Source: an uncultured virus (IMG/VR IMGVR_UViG_3300029319_000027) (lineage: Duplodnaviria > Heunggongvirae > Uroviricota > Caudoviricetes). Taken from it: 64,000 nt of DNA. Positions 48,756-57,854 of the stretch are shown piece by piece. Numbering within the stretch: the stretch's first letter is position 1; every line of letters begins with the position of its first letter. A model generated the notes under the pieces. The model was not told the origin of the DNA. It searched no databases and saw only the letters and a list, made by a program, of their open reading frames with translations. The stretch is taken from the IMG/VR virus record IMGVR_UViG_3300029319_000027; one strand, 5' to 3'. A program made the position numbers and the translations under genes.

Positions 48756-49355
48756 CTAGACTGTGTCTATAACTTTGAAAATGTTTGCGAATGGAGCACT
48801 ACTGTTAGGCTTCAACACTTTGTATTCAATAGTGATTGTTACCTTTTGTGGTGCTTTTGCATGTACCATGGAGAAAGCTCCAATGTTCACTGCTCTAGGA
48901 ACTTGAATGTCCCTAACTTTAGCTGTTCCTGCTTCATCATTTCCAGGTGCATTAACTCTCAATATCAATGACTTTTCTTCGAAAGAGTCAGTTGTTGGAG
49001 GGGTTAATGTTGTATAACCTGATGATGGAGAGTCTGCTGTGGTTGTACCACCTGCCATAGCGAACTTCAAACTTCTTAGAGAAGCCTGTGCTAATTCTCC
49101 TGTGATTCTTACTTCTTGTGCAGTTTTGATTGTCTTAATTGGATCAACCTCTTCTGCAACTAAAACATCTTCAAATGTTTTGTCATACTCTAATGAAAAT
49201 CCACCTTCGGAATATCCGATGTCATCCCAATAAGATGAACTTGGTGTATCTGCTGGTGTGGTAGGAAATGTTGCAGTTCCTGCATTCACATCTGTCTCAC
49301 TAGCTACATAAAGAGTACCGGTTCCTAAAAGAACTTCTGTAATTGACTTTGCCAT
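48756..49355 (-). CDS. Major tail (tube) protein
   Basis: VLLGTGTLY, DIGYSEGG..L.Y; synteny. Confidence 0.85.
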   Translation of the reverse strand: MAKSITEVLLGTGTLYVASETDVNAGTATFPTTPADTPSSSYWDDIGYSEGGFSLEYDKTFEDVLVAEEVDPIKTIKTAQEVRITGELAQASLRSLKFAMAGGTTTADSPSSGYTTLTPPTTDSFEEKSLILRVNAPGNDEAGTAKVRDIQVPRAVNIGAFSMVHAKAPQKVTITIEYKVLKPNSSAPFANIFKVIDTV

Positions 49356-49391
49356 TACTTATACCTCATTATTTTCTACTTCAGGAATTTG

Positions 49392-49688
49392 TCATTCCTC
49401 TTCTTGCACTTCGTCAGTTTCCTCGATTTCCATCCACTCATCATCATTAGAATCTTCCTCGATTGTCTCGTTTAAAAGATTCACAACTTCTCCCATACCT
49501 TCATCTTTTTCAATGAATGTAGGGATAAGAACATCTCCTTGTTTTGTTTGAGATTCTTTCAATCTCTTCCATTGGGCTTCTGTAACTTCTTCCCACTTAT
49601 AGCCGTCAAAAATTACATCCAACTTTTCATCCCTGATAGAGTCAAAGACCCTTATTAAAGGATTCATTTTCACATATTTTTTACTCAT
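49392..49688 (-). CDS. Hypothetical protein with acidic tail
   Basis: ATGA overlap with the tail terminator gene. Confidence 0.65.
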   Translation of the reverse strand: MSKKYVKMNPLIRVFDSIRDEKLDVIFDGYKWEEVTEAQWKRLKESQTKQGDVLIPTFIEKDEGMGEVVNLLNETIEEDSNDDEWMEIEETDEVQEEE

Positions 49689-50143
49689 GAACTTGCTCCA
49701 TAAATCATTGCTAACTCAGTTGTATACCGAGCTAATCCTAACTCTGATTCTTCCACTCTGAAAGGTCCAGATATAGGATTAAAACCCATTATAACACCCG
49801 AAACTCCACCAGATGAGGTATAGCGTTTCGGTGTAGAGTCAAATGCAACTCTTGCAACATTATTTGCTATTTGAAAAGCTAATCCATAATCAGGATTACC
49901 TTTTGTATTATTAGCACCCCATTGTCCTGCATAACAATCTATATCAAAGTTTGCTTCATAAATTAAAGCTCCACCGTCTTGATTTACAGGAACTGATGAT
50001 TTCAAAACACATACAACAAAAGGCATGGAACCGTTAGAAGGTAATCTTGTTGCTACATTTGTTCCAACATCTGATGTAACTTCTGACTGATCTAACAACC
50101 ATGTTCTCATTAAAATTTCTGAATCAGGTAAATTCTGTGCCAT
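49685..50143 (-). CDS. Tail terminator (DUF3168-like)
   Basis: V.T.LP....PFVV, FDIDCYA; synteny. Confidence 0.75.
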   Translation of the reverse strand: MAQNLPDSEILMRTWLLDQSEVTSDVGTNVATRLPSNGSMPFVVCVLKSSVPVNQDGGALIYEANFDIDCYAGQWGANNTKGNPDYGLAFQIANNVARVAFDSTPKRYTSSGGVSGVIMGFNPISGPFRVEESELGLARYTTELAMIYGASS

Positions 50144-51144
50144 TAATCCATTCCCTTCATTTTTCTAGCATTGTCTGATAATATTCTTTCCCAACTCTTG
50201 TTACCAAACATGACATCTTTTTTATCAAATCCTGATTTTTTGACCATATCTAACATACCTCTTCTCATCATAGCTCCGTTTCTTGAGGATTTTACTGCCC
50301 TACGGTCTCTTGAAGAACTTCTTAATGCCTGGAAAACTTCAGGAGTAGGGAAGTATTTTTCTAAGTACTGAGCTCCAACATTGAATCCTGAGCCTAAACC
50401 ATACTCAATGTATGGTGCATAATTCTTTTCTAATCCATCTCCAATTTCAATAACAGCTTGTGGTAAACCATCTGCACCTTTTCCTGTTACTGAACCTTTT
50501 AGAGTTGACTTCAAAGCACCTGTCCATACAGGTGTAAATTTCTTAACACTAACAATAGATAACATAACGATTGTGTCTAAAGCATTTTCAATAGGTAATC
50601 CTTTTGCTGCTTTTTGTAGATTCATTACTAATTGAGATTCAAATGTTTGACCTCTTACTTGAGTTCTTACTAATCTATCAAACTCTCTCTGTAAGTTTGC
50701 ACCAACAACAGACCTAGCTGCACGAGTTGCAACAGCACTACCTACATTTGATTTAGGCATAGCTTGTAGTATTTTACCTATTGCTCTACCACCAACACGC
50801 CTAACGAAACGCTCTCCAATAGTGTTTGTTGCCTCCATGTCCATAGCTCTTTTGACTGTACCTAGACCTGCGTTAACATCTCCAAGAACTTTACCGAATT
50901 TAAGCATGTTTCCTCTAGCTCTTCTGAAAGGTTTTGTATTAGCAAAGACACCACCAACATCGCCAATAAAGACTGATGATTCATAGATGAAACTTCTTAT
51001 ACCTGCAAGGCTGTCGAATTTATTTTGAAATCTATATCTTTGTGAAGAAGTTTGAAATACAGGATCACCTTTGTAATCTGATATTTGTTGTAATCTACGA
51101 AGTGTTCTTCGAGATACATTAAGTCTTTGTCTAACTTGAGCCAT
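50143..51144 (-). CDS. HK97 gp10-like tail completion protein with long basic N-terminal extension
   Basis: TPVWTGALKSTL and YAPYIEYG motifs. Confidence 0.75.
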   Translation of the reverse strand: MAQVRQRLNVSRRTLRRLQQISDYKGDPVFQTSSQRYRFQNKFDSLAGIRSFIYESSVFIGDVGGVFANTKPFRRARGNMLKFGKVLGDVNAGLGTVKRAMDMEATNTIGERFVRRVGGRAIGKILQAMPKSNVGSAVATRAARSVVGANLQREFDRLVRTQVRGQTFESQLVMNLQKAAKGLPIENALDTIVMLSIVSVKKFTPVWTGALKSTLKGSVTGKGADGLPQAVIEIGDGLEKNYAPYIEYGLGSGFNVGAQYLEKYFPTPEVFQALRSSSRDRRAVKSSRNGAMMRRGMLDMVKKSGFDKKDVMFGNKSWERILSDNARKMKGMD

Positions 51145-51488
51145 TAGAAACCTGAAGAAATAGTTATTCTTTTATAAAATACATTTCCTGATCTGTCTTT
51201 AACATCTTCTACTTTTATGATGTTGTAATAGTCTGTACCAATCTTGACTCTGTTTCTTACAGATACTGAGGTTCCTGCAGGAATAACTACTGTCTTTCTT
51301 TCTACATTAGAAATTATTCCATCGTTTTGAGTTTCTGTAATGTTAGAAGAATCAACTACTCTAGCTTGTACATTGCTTGCACTAGCAGACCATGTTTCAT
51401 TTGATAATCCTCTGTCATCAACACCTGAGCCTGATAGACCTTCTATTGTTATCGATTCGTTTAATAAAGCTGTTGTTAATTGTGGCAT
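51144..51488 (-). CDS. Head closure protein (SPP1 gp16-like)
   Basis: DDRG....W, RNRVKIG..YYNI..V; synteny. Confidence 0.75.
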   Translation of the reverse strand: MPQLTTALLNESITIEGLSGSGVDDRGLSNETWSASASNVQARVVDSSNITETQNDGIISNVERKTVVIPAGTSVSVRNRVKIGTDYYNIIKVEDVKDRSGNVFYKRITISSGF

Positions 51489-51506
51489 ATATTTATGATA
51501 CCAAAT

Positions 51507-51537
51507 AAAAAAGCACTCGTTTGGAACGAATGCTTTC
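51507..51537 (-). terminator. Intrinsic terminator
   Basis: Minus strand AAAGCATTCGTT / AACGAGTGC stem followed by a T-run. Confidence 0.6.
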
Positions 51538-51569
51538 TTACATCGTTTAGTTGGTTATTTAATAATAAA

Positions 51570-52373
51570 TTAGCTTGAGACTGATTTCAACTTATAGCTA
51601 GAAAGTGCAGATTTCACAGACTGAATAGCTTCAGCCCTAGCTTTTGCTTTCCAATCTCCAAGCACTGCTAACTCACTTATTCTTGTAAGTTCATTAGGAT
51701 TTTTATTTATTTCGTTAAATCTCTTTTGCCATTTCATGTAACATTTCTGATAAATTTTACATTGTCCCTGTAGTCCTGAATTAGCATGTGTGCTTCTGTA
51801 AAAGAAACTTGCAGGCAATAATCCAAGTTCAGGTAATGCACTGCAATGTTTTTCAGAAACAGTTGGTATTAAGACAATTCTTTTTTCATAATATTTTTGA
51901 ACTGTTTTCTTATTGCAAGGAATACATCTTCTATTTCTTCCATCAAGATATGATTTGTCAGGATAATAATGATCTATAGGTTTAATTTTTTTGCAAATAT
52001 TACATTGTTTCTCAGCAGGGTTTCTTCTTTTATTATCTGCATATTCTAAAGCTTCATCTAACTGTGCTTGTAAGTACGGATATTCTTCAACCCATTGCAT
52101 AAATGTAGTTTTTCCTAATCCATCAACAACTTGAAAAGTTCTTATAGTATTTAGAGTCCCCCTGCCATCCCTGATGTAAGCAATTACTTTAGATGCTGAT
52201 ACAGGGTTAAAATCTTTGACACCAGGCAGACCCATTTCGACACGAAGCTGGCGAATTCTTTCTCTTGATACATTATATTTTTCTGCCCAAACTTGATTAA
52301 ATGTATGAGGATTAGCTAAAACATCATGTTTTAATTGATTTAATTCTTCTTCTCTAAGTTTCATCCATCCCAT
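51570..52373 (-). CDS. DNA-binding protein: sigma region-4-like HTH plus Cys zinc-binding modules
   Basis: AEKYNVSRERIRQL; KQCNICKKIKP..YY....DG...CIPC. Confidence 0.65.
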   Translation of the reverse strand: MGWMKLREEELNQLKHDVLANPHTFNQVWAEKYNVSRERIRQLRVEMGLPGVKDFNPVSASKVIAYIRDGRGTLNTIRTFQVVDGLGKTTFMQWVEEYPYLQAQLDEALEYADNKRRNPAEKQCNICKKIKPIDHYYPDKSYLDGRNRRCIPCNKKTVQKYYEKRIVLIPTVSEKHCSALPELGLLPASFFYRSTHANSGLQGQCKIYQKCYMKWQKRFNEINKNPNELTRISELAVLGDWKAKARAEAIQSVKSALSSYKLKSVSS

Positions 52374-52457
52374 TCGTATAGGAAAATAATATCATAAACT
52401 TGAAATATATACAAGTTTATGCCTAAAATAGATATATCGGATAGTTGAGGAGATAAG

Positions 52458-52688
52458 TTGGTAGAAGTACCTTATGTCGATACAGCACCCGTCTTTGAGG
52501 ATGAAGTAATTCACAAAGGCGAAAACATGATACATGTAAGGTGGAATCCTTACTTGAATTGCCACGAAGCTGATGTTTATCAGGTCAAGGCAGTTGGGAC
52601 AAAGACATCCTATAAGCATGTTGGTTCAACAGCAGGAAAGTCAAAATCATTAGCTATATCTGACGCAGAAATGCTTATTGTAGATTAG
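52458..52688 (+). CDS. Hypothetical protein
   Basis: GAGGAG RBS before TTG. Confidence 0.65.
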   Translation: MVEVPYVDTAPVFEDEVIHKGENMIHVRWNPYLNCHEADVYQVKAVGTKTSYKHVGSTAGKSKSLAISDAEMLIVD

Positions 52689-52709
52689 TTATCTTACCAA
52701 AGGAGGAAA

Positions 52710-53246
52710 TTGATAGCTGAATGTATGCTATTTTTAGCAAGTTTTTCGACACCCCTAATAGGTTCGGAAACTGAATTCGTTAATACATCAATCGAATGTA
52801 GACGAGAAATACCTGAGAGTATGCGTCAATACTCTGAATATTATTTAGAATTTTTTGATTTCGAAAATATTGATACAGCCGTAAGAATTGGGTGGTGCGA
52901 AAGCAGGGGAAAAGATACTGCATATCGTGATGACAATTCCGATTCAGGCGTTATGCAATTTGTACCTTGGACCTGGAATTGGGTTGCCGAGGAATATGAT
53001 CTGCCGAGGTGGAACGAGTGGGTAATCCTTCGTTATGGGCGACCATACGAAGGTCCCACTTCAAAATCAAACATGGGTTTTGAACAAACAAAAGTTCAAT
53101 TTACTCCTTACTACAACATTATGTTTGCGAGTATCTTAGCTGAGGACATTTATGGAAGAACTCAGTGGAGAGATTGGAACAGTAGTAAGTGGTGTTGGGA
53201 AGACGAAAAAGATTGGGAGAGAAGATGGAAAAGAGAGCAAAATTAA
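52710..53246 (+). CDS. Secreted lytic transglycosylase (SLT/Rpf-like)
   Basis: RIGWCESRG...SDSGVMQF..WTW; AGGAGG RBS; hydrophobic N-terminus. Confidence 0.75.
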   Translation: MIAECMLFLASFSTPLIGSETEFVNTSIECRREIPESMRQYSEYYLEFFDFENIDTAVRIGWCESRGKDTAYRDDNSDSGVMQFVPWTWNWVAEEYDLPRWNEWVILRYGRPYEGPTSKSNMGFEQTKVQFTPYYNIMFASILAEDIYGRTQWRDWNSSKWCWEDEKDWERRWKREQN

Positions 53247-53386
53247 CAGTTCACATTTGTCGAATCTGTAATATCGAATTATCTAAATCTGACGCTCTGT
53301 CAATTTGTGATGTGTGCTTGTATGGAAAATGAAGATAAAGAATATTGTGATGTCTACGGATATGACGATTTAGATGAGGAGTTATA

Positions 53387-53746
53387 ATGTATGGATTAAT
53401 GATAGTTATGTTGATGGGTGGTGGTTTCATGCCACAACTCTCAGGACCTTTACCAATATTTCATGGACCTGATTTATCTCAACCAAATGTTGAATACAAT
53501 TTTTGGTGTGATGGTAACAGGTGCGATGACCACGATATTAAAGGTTACATAAAAAGTGTAGATGCTGATGGTACTATTACCTGGTATACAACTGAAGAAC
53601 AAATAGATTTAGATATAAGTTCTTTAGAAGATTGGCAAATAATAAGATACACTGCTTCAGAAATGAGTGAATTAGATATTGTTCCTGAAGACTGTACTAC
53701 AGAAGAAGAACAGAATGGTATCTGTGGATTTGGAATTAGACCATGA
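53387..53746 (+). CDS. Hypothetical protein
   Basis: GAGGAG RBS; hydrophobic N-terminus. Confidence 0.65.
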   Translation: MYGLMIVMLMGGGFMPQLSGPLPIFHGPDLSQPNVEYNFWCDGNRCDDHDIKGYIKSVDADGTITWYTTEEQIDLDISSLEDWQIIRYTASEMSELDIVPEDCTTEEEQNGICGFGIRP

Positions 53747-53834
53747 AAAAAAGAAGATTTAGAAAAGAACTACATGAATGGACATATGAGGTAAATTGGA
53801 ATCACAGTTTGCCTGTTTATGGAGATAAGAAAAA

Positions 53835-55439
53835 ATTAAAATAGGAAGTTTATTTAGTGGGATTGGGGGCTTAGACCTAGGTATCGAGCGTGGTCTAAAA
53901 GACTTTAATGCTGAGACTGTATGGCAAATTGAATTTGATGAATACTGTTGTTCAGTTTTGGAAAAAAGATTCCCCAATTCTAAAGTTATTAATGCCGATA
54001 TTAATGATGTAGACTTTACTAAACTAGAACCTGTCGATATTTTAATCGGTGGATTCCCATGCCAAAGTTTTAGTTACGCAGGTAACAGGAAAGGAATGAG
54101 TGAAGAAGATGAGCGAGGAATATTATGGTATCAGTTCGAACGAGCCATTAGCATTCTTAAACCAAAATGGGTTGTGGCAGAAAATGTCAGAGGACTCCTC
54201 ACAGCAAAAGACAACGAAGGAAACAAAGGAGGAGCATTCGGAAGAGTTGTTTCTTTCCTTTCCGATAGGGGGTATAGTGTTGAATGGCAAATTGTATCAG
54301 CAGCCTCGGTTAATGCCTCGCACCTTAGAGAAAGAATCTTCATCGTGGGAAACTCCGAACACTTTAGATCACTTGAAACCAAGGACGGGGGAAGCGTTGG
54401 AGAACGCACTCTACCGTGGGGACAAATCAAAAAAGAGCAAGAGGAAAAGTACAGGCAACTTGAGAGAGAATCCCAAGCTATGGTCAACTCCGAGAGCAAG
54501 TCAAGCATCGAAACCGATAAACAAACAAGCTCCCTCAGTGAAAGCAGGGAAGCACGGGTCGACATTGGAGATGGACATGGGGGAGAGGAATCCGAAATTG
54601 ATTGGGAAAAGATTACACAGCAAGTGGGTCTCCCTTCTAATGGGTTTTCCCCAGGATTGGCAGGAAGATTAGGCTTACCTAATTATTGGACTTACAACAG
54701 AGATTTAATGTGGCGTACTCCCACAACAATGGATTCCAAATCAGGAGAAGATGCATTAAAGTACGCAACAAAATTACTACAAGGAAAAACACACAGAGCT
54801 TCAGGTCAACCGGTACAAATAACTTTGGCTGACCAAATAGCCATAGACCAAATACACAAGAATCCTGATCTGTTCGAAAAATACAAAGACCATGAGATTT
54901 ATAAAAGACCTAACCTACCTCCACAAAAAACTTTTGTTAAGTACTTAAAAGATAATGTAACAAGGTCTACCTTATACGATGCACTAGATGTAAAGAAAAC
55001 AACTATCGACCATTGGTTTAGAAATGATAAATACTTTTCATATCCCTCAATGGAAGATTGGGAAAAACTAAAACCATATTTGAAAGTTATTAAATACGAT
55101 GAAGAAATGACAACAATTGAAAGTTTTGAATGGCAAAAACAAAAATGGCAAACACCTTTAGTTACAAGCAGTAGACCTAGTACTAAACGAATAGCAGAAG
55201 GAATAAATCCAAAAGGGAATTTAGCAGAGAATCCTGATGTTTATAAAGATGAATACATCATAGAACCATGGGAAACAGTTCCAAGGACAATAGAGGACGA
55301 GGAAAAGCGTGTAGATAAAATAAAGGCACTTGGGAACGCTGTAGTGCCTGCCTGTGCAGAGTTTATCGGCATTTGTATATCCAATGCCATAAAATTTAAA
55401 ACAATTGTTTTTGACGCAGATATGTTAGAAGATTGGTAA
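53835..55439 (+). CDS. DNA C5-cytosine methyltransferase, alpha chain (motifs I-VIII and X)
   Basis: SLFSGIGG, GGFPCQ, ENV, RER.F and ALGNAV. The frame extends upstream of the track's TTG to ATT 53835, after an in-frame TAA at 53826. Confidence 0.9.
   Translation: MKIGSLFSGIGGLDLGIERGLKDFNAETVWQIEFDEYCCSVLEKRFPNSKVINADINDVDFTKLEPVDILIGGFPCQSFSYAGNRKGMSEEDERGILWYQFERAISILKPKWVVAENVRGLLTAKDNEGNKGGAFGRVVSFLSDRGYSVEWQIVSAASVNASHLRERIFIVGNSEHFRSLETKDGGSVGERTLPWGQIKKEQEEKYRQLERESQAMVNSESKSSIETDKQTSSLSESREARVDIGDGHGGEESEIDWEKITQQVGLPSNGFSPGLAGRLGLPNYWTYNRDLMWRTPTTMDSKSGEDALKYATKLLQGKTHRASGQPVQITLADQIAIDQIHKNPDLFEKYKDHEIYKRPNLPPQKTFVKYLKDNVTRSTLYDALDVKKTTIDHWFRNDKYFSYPSMEDWEKLKPYLKVIKYDEEMTTIESFEWQKQKWQTPLVTSSRPSTKRIAEGINPKGNLAENPDVYKDEYIIEPWETVPRTIEDEEKRVDKIKALGNAVVPACAEFIGICISNAIKFKTIVFDADMLEDW
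54100..54672 (+). CDS. C5 methyltransferase beta chain nested in an alternative frame (motif IX)
   Basis: AGGAAAGG upstream of GTG; W.TP modules; ends KRLHSKWVSLLMGFPQDW. Confidence 0.75.
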   Translation: MKKMSEEYYGISSNEPLAFLNQNGLWQKMSEDSSQQKTTKETKEEHSEELFLSFPIGGIVLNGKLYQQPRLMPRTLEKESSSWETPNTLDHLKPRTGEALENALYRGDKSKKSKRKSTGNLRENPKLWSTPRASQASKPINKQAPSVKAGKHGSTLEMDMGERNPKLIGKRLHSKWVSLLMGFPQDWQED

Positions 55440-55445
55440 AAAGTA

Positions 55446-55477
55446 TGTAACCTTTTTAGATTCAAAGAGTCTAAATA
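55446..55477 (+). promoter_or_regulatory. ECF-like promoter copy 6
   Basis: TGTAAC 55446-55451, GTCTAA 55469-55474, 17-bp spacer; directly before the adenine methyltransferase RBS. Confidence 0.8.
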
Positions 55478-55490
55478 GTAGGAGGAGATA

Positions 55491-56039
55491 ATGACAAAAG
55501 GAGAAGGAAATTTTCACGGATTTAATCCAAATAGTAATGTAAATAAATCCAAAGAATGGTACACACCAAGGAAGATAATAGATGCTTTGGGCTTACATTT
55601 CGATTTGGACCCTGCATCATCTGAGAAAGCAAATACGCTTATTAAAGCAGATAATATCTTTACTAAAGAAGATGATGGGCTAACTAAAGAGTGGTTTGGT
55701 AAAGTATGGTTAAATCCACCATATGGAAAAGATACACCAATTTGGTTAGATTATGCTTTACAACAAATAGCAAAGAATGATGTAGAAGTTGTTTCTTTAA
55801 TATTTTCTAGAACAGATACAAGGTGGTTTCATGATTTGTGTACACAATTCAATATGCTTTGTTTTGTGAAAGGGCGTATAAACTTTATTGACGGTAATAC
55901 AATGGAAAAGGGACAAGGCTCAACAAACGGTAGTTTGATTGTTGCTAGTGGACCTACAGTTGAACAAGCTGTACTAAATTCAGGTCTTGGGTACTGTGTG
56001 CAAAGATATCCACAGTATCAAGCATCTGATTTTATTTAG
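55491..56039 (+). CDS. Phage N6-adenine DNA methyltransferase (phage Dam family)
   Basis: EWYTP, FDLDPAS, DGL...W, WLNPPY, RTDT.WF and GRI.F. Confidence 0.9.
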   Translation: MTKGEGNFHGFNPNSNVNKSKEWYTPRKIIDALGLHFDLDPASSEKANTLIKADNIFTKEDDGLTKEWFGKVWLNPPYGKDTPIWLDYALQQIAKNDVEVVSLIFSRTDTRWFHDLCTQFNMLCFVKGRINFIDGNTMEKGQGSTNGSLIVASGPTVEQAVLNSGLGYCVQRYPQYQASDFI

Positions 56040-56046
56040 GAGGGAC

Positions 56047-56211
56047 ATGCTAAAAAAATTATGGATAAAACTCAAAGATAGAGTTAGTTATATCATTGAG
56101 CTTCGTATTTATGAAAAACAAAAAAGAGCACAAGACCTTTGGGTAGTCGAACAAGAAGAACTAGATAAACTGCTTGGTACAGATTACGCAAAAGATATAG
56201 AAGAAGAATGA
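56047..56211 (+). CDS. Small hypothetical protein
   Basis: AGGAGG RBS before ATG (MLKKLW...). Confidence 0.55.
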   Translation: MLKKLWIKLKDRVSYIIELRIYEKQKRAQDLWVVEQEELDKLLGTDYAKDIEEE

Positions 56212-56377
56212 TAGAAAGATTTAAAGAAATAGAAAACAGAGTATTTTCTGCACCATACAAGTGGCTAATTAGAAAAGGTTACATTGTTGCTAAAAGAGTG
56301 TATTTAACTATGGATGACTTATATCAAACAAAAGTTCTTGATAGTTATAGAGGAAATCCTAATTTTCCAGGAGACGA

Positions 56378-56617
56378 TTAAAACTTAACTTTTCTTTTTG
56401 CTGCTTTTTTTGCTTTATCTCTCATAGAACTAGATACTTTACTAGGATCAGTATTCCAATCAATACCAACAGTTCCGTAGAGATTAACTGAAGAGCTAAT
56501 TTGTCTATTAGATATTGCTTTACATTTTTCACATTTAATCTCAGGGTCTTCATGAATTGAGTGTGTTACTTCGAATAAATGTTCACATTTAGAACATTTA
56601 TAATCGTATCTAGCCAT
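56378..56617 (-). CDS. FmdB-family zinc-ribbon protein
   Basis: YDYKCSKCEH.FE...CEKC...RQISS. Confidence 0.85.
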   Translation of the reverse strand: MARYDYKCSKCEHLFEVTHSIHEDPEIKCEKCKAISNRQISSSVNLYGTVGIDWNTDPSKVSSSMRDKAKKAAKRKVKF

Positions 56618-56808
56618 TATTCATCAAAGGCTTTGCAAATCTTTAAGTAAAGATTTACCATATCATCTGCATCTTGTACAAGATTGATACCTTTGATACG
56701 CATGTAATTGAATTGTTTTAGAACCATTTCTTTAAATTGCTCGTCATCAATTAGTTCGTTTACTGCGTCTTCTCGTTTTGTCCCATCAGGGAATCTTAAG
56801 TCTTCCAT
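56617..56808 (-). CDS. Hypothetical protein
   Basis: TAATG-coupled on both sides. Confidence 0.65.
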   Translation of the reverse strand: MEDLRFPDGTKREDAVNELIDDEQFKEMVLKQFNYMRIKGINLVQDADDMVNLYLKICKAFDE

Positions 56809-57494
56809 TAGTCTAGTATACCTGCAGAAGTGAAGAATTGCCTCTTATATTTAGAAAGTGCCCTTTTCTCTTCTACTGTTAACAAATCTTGGCTAAACAA
56901 TTCCATCGGAGATTCATATACAACTGAATAGTCTCCTATTTTTTCTTGTTTTACCATTTGGAATTTTGCATCAGAAGTATTATCTGATAAATGAGTTCCA
57001 ACAGTTCCTGTGCTTTGTTGAGTTCCTAAACTTGCACTTGCTGCAAATAATCTAGCTGCAACTCTTGCACTGATGTACTTAATATCTTTTGGTACATCCT
57101 CTGCTGAACTTTCGCTATCTGAATAACCTGCAGAATAAACTACAGTAATATTTTGTAACTTTGCATCTGACCATGTCTCTAATGCTGTTCTTCTCAATCT
57201 ACCCAGGTTGGAATAAAGAACATAATCGTTTGAGTTTCCCTCAGAGAGGGCATTACCATCTTCGGTAACAGATGTTACTGATACTACAGGTGATCTAGAT
57301 AAAAATAAATCTTCGGTATTGTCTCCATCGAATTTTTCGGTTATTGAAGCTGTATAATCTAATTCGTAACCTACGAAGTTGTCTATGGCTTGGTCTGCTG
57401 TTGGTATAAATAAATTTGTAACAGTTGATTCATCAGTAGTATTTAAATCAACGCCAAGCACTTTTTCGACATCGGAAACAGAAGAAAGTGCCAT
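56808..57494 (-). CDS. Head-tail adaptor (gp6/gp15-like)
   Basis: PVVSVTSV, VVYSAGY, VPKDIK and EKIGDYSV.Y. Confidence 0.85.
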   Translation of the reverse strand: MALSSVSDVEKVLGVDLNTTDESTVTNLFIPTADQAIDNFVGYELDYTASITEKFDGDNTEDLFLSRSPVVSVTSVTEDGNALSEGNSNDYVLYSNLGRLRRTALETWSDAKLQNITVVYSAGYSDSESSAEDVPKDIKYISARVAARLFAASASLGTQQSTGTVGTHLSDNTSDAKFQMVKQEKIGDYSVVYESPMELFSQDLLTVEEKRALSKYKRQFFTSAGILD

Positions 57495-57502
57495 GTTAGG
57501 AC

Positions 57503-57772
57503 CTACTTATCTTCTTTTGGCTTAACTGCTTTTGTTTCTACTTTTTTCTTTGGAGCTGCTTTTTTTGCAGGAGCTTTTTTAGGAGCTGCTTTCTTCTTAG
57601 CAGGAGCTTTCTTGCCCCAACCTTGTTCTTTAAGCCACTCAGTAGGATATTCTTTTCCTGCTTTAGCGATTAAAGATGCACCTGATTTAGGTAGTTCTGA
57701 TACAGGACCTTCCCAAATAGTACCATCGCTTAGTTTCCAAATACTTTTTTCTGGTTTTGTAAAATCTGACAT
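57503..57772 (-). CDS. Small capsid-adjacent protein with Lys/Ala/Pro repeats
   Basis: KKAPAKKKAAPKKAPAKKAAPKKK tail. Confidence 0.7.
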   Translation of the reverse strand: MSDFTKPEKSIWKLSDGTIWEGPVSELPKSGASLIAKAGKEYPTEWLKEQGWGKKAPAKKKAAPKKAPAKKAAPKKKVETKAVKPKEDK

Positions 57773-57800
57773 TATTTTCCTTTTTTAATAATTGTAGTTT

Positions 57801-57827
57801 GAAAGGGGTAGGGTTGCTACCCCTTTC
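57801..57827. terminator. Hairpin after the capsid gene
   Basis: GAAAGGGGTAG / CTACCCCTTTC. Confidence 0.65.
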
Positions 57828-57854
57828 GTAAACTATCTAACAAATACTCCTAAT

